Below are positions 26,835 to 41,086 of a stretch of DNA of 64,000 nucleotides, in pieces (position 1 is the first letter of the stretch; every line of letters starts with the position of its first letter). The notes under the pieces are model-generated. The model saw only the letters and a list, made by a program, of their open reading frames with translations. It was not told the DNA's origin and searched no databases. The position numbers and the translations under genes were made by a program. The stretch covers positions 181,164,001 to 181,228,000 of the forward strand of contig OZ024741.1 of NCBI GenBank assembly GCA_964016885.1. Reading direction: 5' to 3'. Source of the DNA: Eledone cirrhosa. Its lineage: Eukaryota.

Positions 26835-26948
26835 AACGTGAAATAAAGTGTCTTGCTCAAGGTCATAACGTATCGCCAGGTCCAGGAATCGAACTCACAA
26901 CCTCACGATTGCGAATTCAATTCTCTAACCACTCAGCCACACGCCTTC
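26835..26948 (-). mobile_element. Second tRNA-derived SINE family (related copies about 34540-34650 minus, 48511-48640 plus, 60771-60900 plus)
   Basis: Minus strand GGCGTGTGGCTGAGTGGTTAG (A box) ... GAGTTCGATTCC (B box) ... CTTGAGCAAGACACTTTATTTCAC. Confidence 0.75.
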
Positions 26949-26950
26949 AC

Positions 26951-26981
<31 letters not shown>

Positions 26982-27420
26982 TTCGTTTTTGAATTTGTTT
27001 AGCAAGATTCTTTATCTGAAATCGTGTGTTGAAACCGATATTGTTATACTTTGGGAGGGTCATGTTGCCAATAACAAACACACGCACCAGTTGCTTTCAC
27101 TTCAATTTATTATATATTTATAAATTTATAAATTTATAAATATATAATTAGCCTACATAATAATGAATTAAATCATCAACTTCAGTACTTGACTTATACA
27201 TTATTTTAACGACCTTGGAAAGATGAAGCGCATAGATAGCCTCAGTGGGATTGTATCTAAATAGCGCATTGCATTTGTTTGTCGCTCTAACAACTCTGTC
27301 AGTTCATCGTTCTATTAAGCATTCAGTAATGCACTGGGATAATTTCTGGCCTTGTGCCAAAAGTAGAAACAATTATTTTCATATGAAATTTTGTAGAGAT
27401 ATATTTACGAAGATGTAGAT

Positions 27421-27717
27421 CAGTCATGGGCTACCTGCAGCCCGCGAAGGTTACTGAATGGCTCGCCTAAGTCACCTGAGTGAAATCTTTCTGATTTTTA
27501 TACCAAAACTTTTCAGTCGTAATTTATCTTTCTATCATTTTTACGATCGAGGAAAACAACCTGTACGAATTCTGAAGAAACAAATCGAAACAACCTGAGT
27601 TACCACCCTTTTTTTAAAAATGTAGGCACGAATGTAAATTAGCGCTTGGGGCCCGCCTGATGATGAGCCATATCTCATGCATGCGGCCCGCTTCTCGAAA
27701 AAGGTTGCCCATGCCTG
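27421..27717. mobile_element. hAT-type MITE
   Basis: CAGTCATGGGCTACCT...AGGTTGCCCATGCCTG TIRs; TSD ATGTAGAT/GTGTAGAT (7/8); GCGGCCCG subterminal motif. Confidence 0.85.
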
Positions 27718-28415
27718 GTGTAGATTATGACAATTCCTTTATTCTTATTATCCTTTAATTGGTTTCAGGAAATAGATTGCTGCCAGGCTGGGGTACCACG
27801 ACAGAGTTTTCTTTTTGCCTAGTAAGATGTGCTACAGATTTTGATATTACATAATGTGGATCTTGCAATGGGAGGGTTCTTTTCTGAGTCGTCTCACTTG
27901 GTCGTATTAGAAACAGAAGTAAGAATTTGTTTTATTCCCCGCTCTGTTACCTGTTCGGAGGAAAAAAAAAACAACACAAACAAAACATTTTTAATATTAA
28001 AAGAACAATAACAAAAAACATCGATTCACTTTCGAGTCATATTTTTGTATTGGGGCAACGAGAAGTGTAGTAGGACCACGGGACCACGAACAAGTATGAG
28101 GAAAACAAAATATAAGTGTGATAATATTGATTTAAACATCCAGCAGCAAAAATGCTAACAACACTCATACACACACATTTTGTTGAGTTTGAATATTTGC
28201 GACTTCAAATACAATTTTGCCATCGTTGCTTCTTCAAGAATATTTCTAGACATAAAGTGAGAAAAAACCCCACAAAACATTGAAGTGATGTATGAGAAAA
28301 AAGTGTTTCACCTTGTCTATCGAAGAATAGACAAGGTGAGACACTTTTTTGTAGAAGGAAGAGTAAAAAAAAATATAACCTTGTCATATGAAGAACGGGA
28401 GGGGATTATCCCCCC

Positions 28416-28446
<31 letters not shown>

Positions 28447-28451
28447 ATATA

Positions 28452-28641
28452 TAATTGTTTCTACTTTAGGCACAAGGCCAGCAATTACCCAGTGCATTAC
28501 TGGTACTTTATTTTATCGACCCCCGTAAGGATGAAAGGCAAAGTTAACCCTGGCGGGATTTGAACTCAGATCGTAAAGGGACGTAACTATGCTGGAAAGC
28601 ATGGCGTCCGACCCTCTACCAATACTGCCAATCCACCGCCC
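28452..28641 (-). mobile_element. tRNA-derived SINE (same family as 7532)
   Basis: Near-identical to 7532-7712. Confidence 0.9.
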
Positions 28642-29333
28642 TATAATATATAATATATATATATATTATACCACCTGGACTGTCTTCCTCTATTCTCCCT
28701 TCTTACCTTTTCTACACCTCATTGTACTTCTTCTTTGTCTGTATGCTGGACAACAGCCCTTACTCTCTTCTGTTTTACTATTTCTCTCCTTTCTATATTT
28801 TTCTGTTTTGGCTAAGCCCTTGCACACTCTATATTTGTGTAATTTGCCTAAAGGCATAACTTGTCTCTTCCTGTTTTGTTGTGCCCCAATGTACACTGCA
28901 ATGAAAGGTTTCAACCTTAATGAGCCGAAACAGTAGTGATTTCCAGAGGTTGACTGAGGAGATGGGACTGTCCGTCTTTCTGTTTTTTTTCCTATTGTAT
29001 TTGTCCTGTGCACTCCCTATTTGATATATATATATATATATATATGTGTGTGTATACACCAACCCACGTATACATATACATGTAAATGTGTGTGTGTGTG
29101 GCAGAGGTGTATGAGTGTGCCTGTCTGTGTATGTGTGTTGGTATGTTTGCTTTGTTGATTGCATGAGTATAAAACTAAATGAAATTAATTCTGAATATTG
29201 AAAGTGATTTAAAAATATTTGTTAACCTACATACATAATATTTGTTAACCTACATACATACATATAAACATACATACATACGCATACACACATTTATATT
29301 ATGTGTATTTACATATTTATGCATAAATGTATC

Positions 29334-29380
<47 letters not shown>

Positions 29381-29468
29381 ATGTGTGTATATGACTACCT
29401 ACATAAATATATATATATATATATATACGATATTAACAAATGGAAACTATATTTATAAAAACCATATA

Positions 29469-29533
29469 TATTTCATTATACATATTTCAAGGACACCAAG
29501 TTAAATTATGGTGTGCTTTCATCAGATAAAATA
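29469..29533 (-). ncRNA. Minimal hammerhead motif in PLE terminal repeat
   Basis: Minus: TATTTTAT-CTGATGA-(CACCA/TGGTG)-GAAA-TATGTA-TA-ATGAAATA. Confidence 0.65.
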
Positions 29534-29718
29534 TAATATAGATCAGTTTTATAAATAAATATTGACATACTCTTAAAGAATGCAACCATTACTGTTGGAA
29601 GCTCCCGGATAGTGGAGTTATAACTTTAATTATATTATTAGGTAAGTTAGTATTGGATATTTTTAAATAAGCCGTTGGGTTACGGAGAAAGAGAAAGATA
29701 TATATATATATATATATA

Positions 29719-29908
29719 TATAGGAACGAGTAGGACCCCGACGGCTGAGCTCAAGCCGTTTCGATTGTAATTCTGAATTAGCCGTCGAAACGGCTTGAGC
29801 TCAGCCGTCGGGGTCCTACTCGTTCCTATTACCCACTCTACTGCCCTAAGTATTGAGTACTTTGGTGCGTTATGGTCCACCTGATTCCTTACCACATTTC
29901 CTTCGTTA
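29719..29908 (+). mobile_element. Short PLE-like 3' terminal insertion with fold-back (family A); other copies 30771-30975, 30991-31198, 43826-43967, 44979-45182, 47541-47640
   Basis: Shared GTATTGAGTACT..GGTGCGTTATGGTCCA core, all abutting (TA)n; inverted duplication at one end in four copies. Confidence 0.6.
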
Positions 29909-29999
29909 TATATATATATATATATATATATATCCAGCGAATTTCCGACCGTTAAGGTTGATTTCCATGGGTATGTCGTTATTTATAAAACAAATCTTG

Positions 30000-30064
30000 T
30001 ATTTTATCTGATGAAAGCGCACCAAGATTGACTTGGTCGCCCTTGAAATATATATAATAAAATA
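30000..30064 (+). ncRNA. Minimal hammerhead motif in PLE terminal repeat
   Basis: TATTTTAT-CTGATGA-(ACCAAG/CTTGGT)-GAAA-TATATA-TA-ATAAAATA. Confidence 0.72.
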
Positions 30065-30193
30065 AATATGGTTTTATAAATATAGTTTCCATTTATTAAT
30101 ATCTTGGTATATTTACTCCAGTAACTTGTTGAGTGCTCTATATCAGTTATAAACATTTATGTTTGTCGGAATTCCAACAAATTAAATACAACT

Positions 30194-30313
<120 letters not shown>

Positions 30314-30385
30314 TACGTTATTCCGGGTTGAATCGGAGGTAACCACAGTAAGTAAGGTACTCAATACATTGCAGAGTATAACAGT

Positions 30386-30502
30386 TTTAATATAGATGAG
30401 ATTCTACAGGACTAGAACTGTTTCATTCTTTAGAAATCATCAGGAATCCTGATGATTTCTAAAGAATGAAACAGTTCTAGTCCTGTAGAATCTCATCTAT
30501 AT

Positions 30503-30506
<4 letters not shown>
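30386..30506. repeat. Perfect 60-bp-arm palindrome containing a hammerhead core
   Basis: Arms exactly complementary around A30446; CTGATGA-TTTCTAAAGAAT-GAAAC..GTC present on both strands; related unfolded copy at 49468-49582. Confidence 0.9.
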
Positions 30507-30543
<37 letters not shown>

Positions 30544-30586
30544 GTAGGTAGTCATATACACACATCATACACACACACGCACACAC

Positions 30587-30678
<92 letters not shown>

Positions 30679-31193
30679 GTGTGTGTCTGTATGTGTGTGT
30701 GTGTGTGCAAAGAACAATAAAAATACAGAAGTCAGGTGTAGGTAGATAGTCCATATATATATATATATATATAACGAAGGAAATGTGGTAAGGAACCAGG
30801 TGGACCATAACGCACCAAAGTACTCAATACTTGAGGTAGTAGAGTGGGTAATAGGAACCAGTAAGACCCCGACAGCTGAGCTCAAGCCGTTTCGACGGCT
30901 AATTCTGGACATTTAGTCCAGAATTAGCCGTCGAAAAGGCTTGAGCTCAGCTGTCGGGGTCTTACTGGTTCCTATATATATATATATATATAACGAAGGA
31001 AATGTGGTAAGGAACCAGGTGGACCATAACGCACCAAAGTACTCAATACTTGAGGTAGTAGAGTGGGTAATAGGAACCAGTAAGACCCCGACAGCTGAGC
31101 TCAAGCCGTTTCGACGGCTAATTCTGGACTAATTTTTAGTCCTGAATTAGCCGTCGAAACGGCTTGAGCTCAGCTGTCGGGGTCTTACTGGTT

Positions 31194-31249
<56 letters not shown>

Positions 31250-31331
31250 GGAGGTGAGTTTTATTGTAGCACAATAAAGCAATGCAAATATCGGATAAGT
31301 AGCACTCTACATTTGTAGGACTGGAGTATAA

Positions 31332-31671
31332 ATAATATAATATCAAAAGATGGTTAAAAGAGTTCCAAGAATATTATTATGCGCATTTCAAAAACAAATA
31401 TCATCATGGGATGATATCTGCGTTCTCATTAGATAAAATAGGGAGACATGATATGAAGCTTAAAAAAACACTTGTGAATAGTGCAGTTTTAAATCAACAT
31501 ATCTTGATCAACATTGATTTAAAACTTTACTATTCACAAGTGTTTTTTAAGCTTCATATCATGTCTCCCTATTTTATCTGATGAGAACGCAGATATCATC
31601 CCATGATGATATTTGTTTTTGAAATGCTCATAAAAAAAATACTTGGAACTCTTTTAACCATCTTTTGATCT

Positions 31672-31679
<8 letters not shown>
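31332..31679. repeat. About 165-bp-arm inverted repeat with hammerhead motif (31570-31641)
   Basis: Arms complementary with few mismatches; right arm TATTTTAT-CTGATGA-long stem II-GAAATGCTCATA; left arm retains palindrome ATGCGCAT. Confidence 0.85.
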
Positions 31680-31733
<54 letters not shown>

Positions 31734-31735
<2 letters not shown>

Positions 31736-32120
31736 AAGGTGGGTCAAATTCCCGAGATCCATGGACGAATTCTCTCCAGTGGTCTCTGTCCCTCATTATC
31801 GCTGCCATGTCCTGCGTCTCCAACAGACCAGTGTCTGTCCTTAGGGCATCAACATACGTTAACCTTGGTCTTCCTCTTCTAGTGTGTCCATGTAGGGGCT
31901 CCCAAAGGAGCACTGAGTGCAATGTCAACTCTGGATGTCGGTGAGCATGTCCAGCTAACCTCAGTCTCCTCTGTGTCACTTTTGAGCTGACTTTTGGGAT
32001 GCTCCCATACAGCTCTGAGTTTTTCATCCTCAGTGTATACTGATTAATGTTCAGAGCCATCCTCAGCATTCTCGTGTAGCACCCATCCACCATCTGAGTG
32101 AGTTTCTTGGTCAGTGTCCA
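31734..32120 (-). mobile_element. 5'-truncated RTE/RTEX-like LINE 3' end
   Basis: WTLTK..DGCYTRMLRMALNI..RRLRLAGH..RH..LLWEP..RGRPRLTYVD..RDHWR open to the stop, which abuts (TA)n. Confidence 0.8.
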
Positions 32121-32665
32121 TATATATAACGTGTGTGCATGCCTATATATATATGTATGTATGTGTATAGTAAATGTAAACTCATATGCACGCACACATA
32201 TGTATCGAATCTTAGAACGCTGTCGCCTCTCTTCCATACATCTTATCCTCCAATTATGTGTGTTTGTGTGCGTCTGTGTGAATGTATGTGTGCGTGTGTG
32301 TGCATGTATGTGTGCGTGTGAATGTATGTGTGTATGTGTGTGTGTGTGCGTGTGTGCGTGTGTGTGTATGTGTGTGTTTGTGTGCGTGTATGTGTCTCTG
32401 TGTGTGTATTTGTATGTTTATTTTCGTGTGATTTGCTTCGTTTTTAAATTTTTTTTTCATAGGCATACAAAATGGCTGGACTTTTCGATATGAATATAGA
32501 AATATAAACAATGAATATTAATAAATGTATCAAGCATCACCTCCAAACACTTGTTTCCAAATACAGTTATACTTCAATACCAATAAAAAACATACACAAT
32601 ATTTATACATAATATTATTGGATTTTTAAATATTATCTATATTGATATCACTTTATGTATTGCAC

Positions 32666-32722
<57 letters not shown>

Positions 32723-33690
32723 CAATACTTCACCATGTATATATGTATGTATGCACGCATGCATGTATGTATGTGTGAATGTATGTTTGTATGTATTTAT
32801 TTATGTATGTATGTAAGTATGTATGTTTGTAAGTATGTATCTTCATGCACAGGCATTGCACGATAGAATTAATTAATAATTATTAATAATGGTATATCGT
32901 GCAATGGCCATACTCGATAACACGGGGGTAGCCATCATGTATGTATATATTTATAGAGGGTACACGTTCCGTTTGAATACATGTTGCATTCATTTGAAGC
33001 TTAGTATTCTCTTTCCTTTACATTATGAATTACATTCCAAGAGGAAAAATATAATTTCAATGTATAAAAAAAAAATGTTGGACTATTTTTTTATACTTTA
33101 CATCACCGTGATTTCTCAGACCATTGCATAAAGCTTTTATTAGTCAGAAAATACGATCGTTATTCTCATTTTGTTTCTACCAATCTATCAATATATGTGA
33201 TTGTTATATCATCTTTATTTTATGTATCTGAATGTCGAACTTCAAATGACAGTTTTATGATAAAAATCACACGATAAAAATTCAGCTCACAATTATTTAA
33301 AACTGAATAACGGAATGACGTGGGATTTACACATACGCCATAACTTGTAGGCGGACTGGAATCCGTTTTCGAATAACTTTCATATATTATTGCTTTAGAC
33401 ATGCGTAAAGATAAACGTCTCCAGAGATAAAATAAAGCACCAGTAATACACTGGAGTCGATTTAATCAACTTTCCATATATAATGGATGACTGAATACGG
33501 GCGTGTGTTTTTTTTTTAAATTTCCCCCTCCTTCCTCTTCTCTTTATATTTCTATTTTATCTTTTATTTCTAATTTTATCTTCTGATGAACCGTCCGAAA
33601 CGTAAAGACCCCTTTTCTGTTTATTCAAGCGTTAAACTAATATATTTCTTCATTGTACTGAGTCATTTGTTTTGTTATTTCTGTTTACTT

Positions 33691-33794
<104 letters not shown>

Positions 33795-34139
33795 CATAGT
33801 AGTTCAAACTTGGTATAAATATCCAAGGGTTTGGAGCACTAAGTCCATAGGACGAGTATAAGTAATCACAACAGTGGCATGTACAGGTACTTCAGCCAGT
33901 CATAAAATGAAAAATGGCTTCCAGCTATGGAGATTTTAGAAAGTATAGGACAGTTCTAAGGGTAGGTAATACCGAAATTATCTATAAATTGAGAATGCCT
34001 TAAATAATGTAAATGAAAAGGGCGGTGACTATATATATATATATATAAAACAAGTTAGGCAACTTGTGTTTCACAGGGAGCCCAGGGGTTGAATTGAAAA
34101 GTCGAAAATATAAATTCAATTAATCTGATCAACCCTATT

Positions 34140-34400
34140 TTCAGAACAAATTTTGTTCCATGAGGACAGCGGTTGCAGCAGTCGAGTTCGCATATTTAAG
34201 CAGCGTTTCTCTGAAGCTAGTTGTGAGAGTATATTCTACTTCGAGCTACACACTGGCAATATTTCGTCCCATTGACGTAGGGATGGGTTTTTCTAGTATC
34301 CCCCATTTAATGGAAAATGCTGTGCCGTTATGTTTGAGGTTCCACACATGGTGAATAGTTTATTTTTTCAAACTATTCACCATATTAGGATGTCTGAAGG
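34140..34400 (-). pseudogene. Decayed PLE GIY-YIG endonuclease C-terminal fragment
   Basis: Minus-strand HVWNLKHNGTAFSIKWGILEK resembles the 38287 domain; frameshifted. Confidence 0.5.
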
Positions 34401-34761
34401 TTGTTTCTGTCGTCAATCCCCAACTCTATACTATATATAACGTAGTTTGCAGAGAGATTCAGAGTGACACAATGTGTGACAAGGTTGACCCTTTAAATTA
34501 CAGGGAGAATTTATATTAATCAGCTGAGAGCACTACAGCAACGTGAAAAAAATCTTACTCAAGGATGCAAGACACCGCCCAGCCTGGAAATCGAACTTAC
34601 GATCGTAAAATCGTAAGCCGAACACCCTAACCACTAAGCCATGCATCCTCACATATATGGATAAAAATATGTGGCTGTGTATGTGAATATATGATATAAT
34701 ATAATACAATATAATATAATATTATATATATATATATATAATATAATGTAATTTAATATAA

Positions 34762-34951
34762 TATAATTGTTTCTACTTTAGGCACAAGGCCAGCAATTAC
34801 CCAGTACATTACTGGTACTTTATTTTATCGACCCCGTAAGGATGAAAGGCAAAGTTAACCTCGGCGGGTTTGAACTCAGACTGTAAAGGGACGTAACTAT
34901 GCTAGAAAGCATGGCGTCCAACCCTCTATCGATACTGCCAATTCACCGCCC
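34762..34951 (-). mobile_element. tRNA-derived SINE
   Basis: Same family as 7532. Confidence 0.9.
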
Positions 34952-35067
34952 TAATTTAATATAATATAATATAATATAATATAATATAATATATATATAT
35001 ATACCGTCTAACCCATGGTAGCGTGGAAGATGGACGTTAAACGATGATAATGATGATGATGATGATA

Positions 35068-35105
<38 letters not shown>

Positions 35106-35162
35106 ATATATATATTCAGCCACGTATTTACACACGCTCACACTCTCCGCCCCCATATATAC

Positions 35163-35286
<124 letters not shown>

Positions 35287-35290
35287 GTAC

Positions 35291-35361
<71 letters not shown>

Positions 35362-36519
35362 CATATACATACATACACACATATATATATATATATATAA
35401 ATGAAGTATTTCCGAAGGGAAAGTAAAGGAAAAGAGAGTGCTCTATGTAGGCTACAGAGCTTTTTAGTTATAAATTCTTTCTGATGATTGAAGGCAGACG
35501 TAAATTTCAAGCTCGTCTGTCTTCATGAAACCTTTGGTAAATAAATTAATTATCTTATGTTGTTTAATACATAACTATATATATATATATATATAAATAT
35601 ACATACACCCACATTTTAATATATACACATAAATACACAGATATGTGTGTTTGTGTGGATGTGGATACGCGTAGCATGAGATGTGCGCGCGCGCGTGTGT
35701 GTGTGTGTATGTGTGTGTGTGCATATGTGTGGTCATCTATATATTACACCTTTCTCTCCGGCCAACAACTAATTCTTTTTTTCAAATACCACGTTGGAAG
35801 AAGAATCAGGATGGAGAGAGAGGTGCTGTATCCCAGCAAGTTTTATGAAAGGTGGGTGAAAGTGGAGAGAATGGCCCGAGTGAATGGGCCTTCTCTCTAT
35901 ATCAGCCTGTAGGTTGAGGAAAAAGAGGAGAAGAGGAAAGGAGTACAAACTCTTCGTACTCCTGGAGATGAGGGTTGTACATTTTTTTCGGGGGTATGTG
36001 TTACCCATATGAAATGTCTCCCCCTATTGGGGAAAATCGATTAATTTTTAAATTGCATTTGTGATAATATTTTACACGTTTTTATTGTATGTAAACTTCC
36101 CCCTTTGTATTTTCCCCCTTCTTTTGTGCCCCTGTGGCTAATAAGAAACATATATATTACGTAAGTGTATTTTAAAACACACTGACCAAAACAGGAGCGC
36201 TGCTTGGAAATATATCTTAAAATCTTGTCGGGAATATAATACTTTGTGTCAATGTTTGACTTTGAATTTAGTATTTGATAACTGTCTAAGTCAGCAGACA
36301 ATCAAAAGTTTATAAATAGGTGTCTTCTTATTACCTTGTATGCCTGTCTATCAATATTTCTCTGACGTCATTGCAAGCTGCTTCTCAGAATATTTAGTGA
36401 TTTAAATTCAGAGTTAATGTTAGAATGATACTATACATAGATTGTCGTCACGGAAATAAAAAAAAACAGCATTCTGAAGCGTTTTAATGTAGGACTAATG
36501 CTGTATATGTGTAAGTTAT

Positions 36520-36702
36520 ATAATTGTTTCTAATTTTTGGCACAAGGCCAGCAATTACCCAGTGTATTACTGGTACTTTATTTTATCGACCCCGTAAGGA
36601 TGAAAGGCAAAGTTAACCTCGGCGGGATTTGAACTGAGAATGGCAAGGGACGTAACTCTATACGTCAAAGCATGGCGTCCGACCCTCTACCGACACTGCC
36701 AA
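36520..36702 (-). mobile_element. tRNA-derived SINE
   Basis: Same family as 7532. Confidence 0.88.
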
Positions 36703-36878
36703 TAATGTGTGGAAATGTGAGATATATTTTATCTTGAAGTTTCTCTCATTTACTACAAAGCAGTAGTAAGTTCCTGTAATCCTAACTTCTGATTTTAATC
36801 AGTTTCGATTTCCGGGCGTTTCACTAACTTATTTAATCACCATACTAAATTATGAAGGTTTTGACCGCAATTATATTT

Positions 36879-37034
36879 CTTCTTCTTCTTCTTCTTCTTC
36901 TTCTTCTTCTTCTTCTTCTTCTTCTTCTTCTTCTTCTTCTTCTTCTTCTTCTTCTTCTTCTTCTTCTTCTTCTTCTTCTTCTTCTTCTTCTTCTTCTTCT
37001 TCTTCTTCTTCTTCTTCTTCTTCTTCTTCTTCTT
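36879..37034. repeat. (CTT)n trinucleotide microsatellite; (GAA)n also at 61832-61916 and (GAT)n at 35044-35106
   Basis: Direct reading. Confidence 0.97.
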
Positions 37035-37238
37035 GAGTCTGGCAAACCGTATTGTTTATAGTTAGTATACTATTCACCCTAGCAAATCTGGTCCCTTATA
37101 ATTTTGAACACAGATATGTATATATATCTGTTTATCTCTCTTTATCGTATTGAATTATATTACACGGCCCGGAACATTTTTTGTTTGAGCTATTTTAATT
37201 GTAAAGGACTACTCTGAGTTTCTAACTCAATTTATACT

Positions 37239-37314
<76 letters not shown>

Positions 37315-37553
37315 CGTTTCTGCAAAATGGCGTAGGACAGAACAAAGGAGAGGCACAGAAACAAAGAAAGGAATCCCCAGTCACTGAAGAGGTCACAGAG
37401 TGTGTGACGAAAGAACTATGACTATATATAAACAACTATCTGGTTGTGGAACCAACCAACCAACCAGAAATTTATAAATATATAATAAGTTGAAGTGAAA
37501 GCAACTGGTGCGTGTGTTTCTTATTGGCAACATGACCCTCCCAAAGTATAACA

Positions 37554-37611
<58 letters not shown>

Positions 37612-38133
37612 ATGTGTGTGTGTATGTGTGTGTGTGTGTGTGTGTGTATGTATAAGAATGATGGGCTCATGCACCGAGATGATACTAAATAGCTTAAAAG
37701 ATAAGATGAAGACCCTTAAAAGACGGAAAAAGAAGTTGCCATCGGCCGTTATGAGAAATTGAACCCCATATCTCATAGCGGCCGATTGCAACTTCACTTT
37801 CCGTCTTTTCTTCAGCCTATTTTATAAGCTATTTTACAGCATCTCGGCGCATGAGCACACCATTCTTTATATCAACTGTATATATTCTCGGCGCGTAAAA
37901 AATGCCGAGAGAATGGCTACGTATATTCTTCGCACGAGGGAACGGCCGAAGGCTTTAAAAACATCATTTTTGTCTGTTCTCTTGCCGCTTCCGTTTGGAT
38001 TTGCCCGGGAACGTAACTTTATTATATAATGAAGATGTCTGATGAGATCACAGTTCTGGTTACACGGAAACACGTGGCCTCGATCGTCATTGAAATATGT
38101 ATTACAGTCTTTTCGCATTTTCCTTATTATCTA

Positions 38134-38192
<59 letters not shown>

Positions 38193-38204
38193 ATATATAT
38201 ATAT

Positions 38205-38670
38205 CCTTATCGTGGGAAATAGACGGAACCGCGACAGAAATTGCAACTGCCGCGACAGAGGATGATGCCCCCTTAGAGGATACTGCTTGACCGATAGGGT
38301 TATATATAGATGCACTATTACTAGCCACAATAGCGTTAAACATTATATAGGGGCCACCTCCGGCCCGTTCAAAATTAGGTTTCGAACACATCTCCACTCT
38401 TTCACAAATAGAAAACTAAGGCACTCCACCTCGCTCGCGGACTACATCACATCACTAAAGGACTTAAACATTAGCTTCTCCACGCACTGGGAGATTGTCG
38501 GCAGGGCTGCACCGTACAACTTCAAGAGGAAATGCGATCTTTGCCTCATGGAGCTCTACCACATCATAACTGCACCTCACGAGCTCATCAACAGCAGAGC
38601 TGAAACAGCGATAAGTTGTACACATCGCTTAAAAATATCCTTCTTTAGATGGGTTAAGAATGAAAAGTGA
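38205..38670 (+). pseudogene. Naiad-type PLE GIY-YIG endonuclease, 5'-truncated
   Basis: CNCRDRG*CPLE/GYC (CxCx5Cx5C with one stop and one frameshift), VIY..YIG, FK.RF..H, CDLC, INSRAE..CTH. Confidence 0.82.
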
Positions 38671-38961
38671 AATAGTACACTGGATCTCCCTGCAACAAGT
38701 ATTAACACCCCGGCGGGCAGGCGCAGCAAAATAACACCCAGAAAACAATCCTTGCATACCAGACCCAGCCTCAGACAAACGGGAAAAAAACAAAAAACAA
38801 AAAAAATTATCCGGGAAAGACTGCCCTAACACCGGCCAGAGTTACCTCCCTTGACCTGCTGCAAAATCAAAACAAGATATTTTTGCGAGCAATGAATCTT
38901 GATGTGGATTTAACCCCCAAAACTCTTTCCGAACTATATAAGGAACACTTGTGATTATTTA

Positions 38962-39001
38962 TGCCCTTGAGAAGCCCAACTGGGCGAAACGTACGTAGGT
39001 G
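38962..39001 (+). ncRNA. Variant hammerhead-like motif in the 3' region of the Naiad-like PLE
   Basis: TGCC-CTTGAGAA-GCCCA.TGGGC-GAA-ACGTACGT-A-GGTG; palindromic stem III, atypical core. Confidence 0.45.
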
Positions 39002-39214
39002 ATATTTTAACTAAACATGTTTTAACGGTCTATTCTCCGATTTTTCACTTTCCCACGTGCTTACGCTCTGCTAACTCTCTAGCCCACTAAATATTAACAC
39101 TTCGAATATTTAATACTGCCGGCACTAGTATCGAGCACCTTTGGCATACACTACTTGGCAAATAACTATATGTATCACCTATCCCTCCTTTTTCTCTCTT
39201 TCTCGATACGTAAA

Positions 39215-39268
<54 letters not shown>

Positions 39269-39627
39269 ATATATATTTATAAATTTCTGGTTGGTTGGTT
39301 GGTTCCACAACCAGATAGTTGTTTATATATTGTCAAAGTTCTTTCGTCACACATTCTGTGACCTCTTCATGACCCTCCCAAAGTATAACAATATCGGTTT
39401 CAACACACGATTTCAGATAAAGAATCTTGCTAAACAAATTCAGAAACGAAATATATATATATATATATATATACATGATGACTGCAAACTCTGCTAACAG
39501 TATTGCAATCGCTTGTCAGATTCAGATGTGTAACGCTCGGATATGGCTTTTCAATCCATATATATATATATATATATATATATATTTCGTTTCTGAATTT
39601 GTTGGCAACATGACCCTCCCAAAGTAT

Positions 39628-39763
<136 letters not shown>

Positions 39764-39907
39764 AGATGACGGGACTTGCATAATTTTCTCTGCTAGTACC
39801 GGTTGTATCTCAGCGTACTCAATAGGTAAGGTTATGTAAAAATCCCACAGTAGACACAAAGTTAATTGCTTCAATACAACACACGTAAATGGGTACCATA
39901 AATCTAT

Positions 39908-40020
39908 ACCCATACTCAAGTTTCGGCCACACTTAACGCAGCAAGAAAGCGTACAGCATCGACTGTCTGCATTTATTATGCAACAATGCACAATCGACGC
40001 ACGTGGCTTCATCAGCGGGT
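39908..40020 (-). ncRNA. Type I hammerhead motif with extended stem II
   Basis: Minus: ACCCG-CTGATGA-A-GCCAC...GTGGC-C-GAAAC-TTGA-GTA-TGGGT. Confidence 0.65.
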
Positions 40021-40437
40021 CTCATCTAATCAATAACCAATCGATCGACAGAATTAGATTCCACTCCTATGGCAGTGAATGCGATAGGCGACACAGTAGT
40101 ACATTAATAACTGAAATCCCTGCGCGTCATCTTATATATATTCGTATGTAGTTGACTCAATACCGAAGTAGAGTTTAAATATTCATTTAAATGAATATTT
40201 ATATATATAATCTGAGCTCAAGTGAGGTGGACGACGGAAAAATACAGCTTACTATGATTTCAATGCTTTAATGTTAGGGTCATTCCCTCCAGCGCACAAA
40301 ACAAGACGACTATCTACGATAAAATAGGACAGTGGGTCTTTTCGTCTAAATTCACAGTGAACATACAGCACAAAACGAAAAAGGGTGCAGCACTGACATA
40401 TATAGAGAGAAAGAAACAGAGAGGGAAAGAGAAAGCT

Positions 40438-40472
<35 letters not shown>

Positions 40473-41086
40473 GAAAGTGAGTGAGAGAGAAAGAAAGAGG
40501 GCGAGAAAGAGAGGATGAGGGAGAGGAAGAGAGAGGGTGAAAGGGAAAGAGAGGTGGAGAGAGAGTGAAAGAGAGTGAGAGATGGAGAGAGGGAAAGCGA
40601 GAGAGAGAGAGACAGAGAACACCAGAGTACTGGAATCCACGATTCTTCCTTTATTAGCACTGAAACCATCGTTTTCTTTATTCCTTTCAAATGAATAATA
40701 ATGAAAAAACTAATAGAGAACACGATGTGATTTTAAGATGAAAAAGAAAACCCACTCTGAAAACCTCTATATGTGTTTAAAATGTTCATTGAAAATAACA
40801 ATGAATCCTAATAGCTCCTTATTGAGAAGACCGCCAGATGACGTGAAATCTGCAAATTTCTTTTTCAATGTTCAGGATATCAAAAGAATATCAGACGAAT
40901 GAAATTGAATTCCAAGTACTAATTTTGCCGTATTGTTACCTATTTTATTCGTTTACTGTTTTACTAGTTTTAATCTTTAGACAGCGGCCATGCTGGGATA
41001 CCATATTAAAGGGATTTAGTCGATCATATTGATAGCAGTACATATTTTTTCAAGGCTGGTACTTATTTTATTGAACTCTCCCGTCT

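Noticed and set aside
38263-38265. In-frame TGA in Naiad-like zinc finger as selenocysteine
   Set aside because: TGA is at a non-Cys position of CxCx5Cx5C and is followed by a frameshift; ordinary decay is more likely
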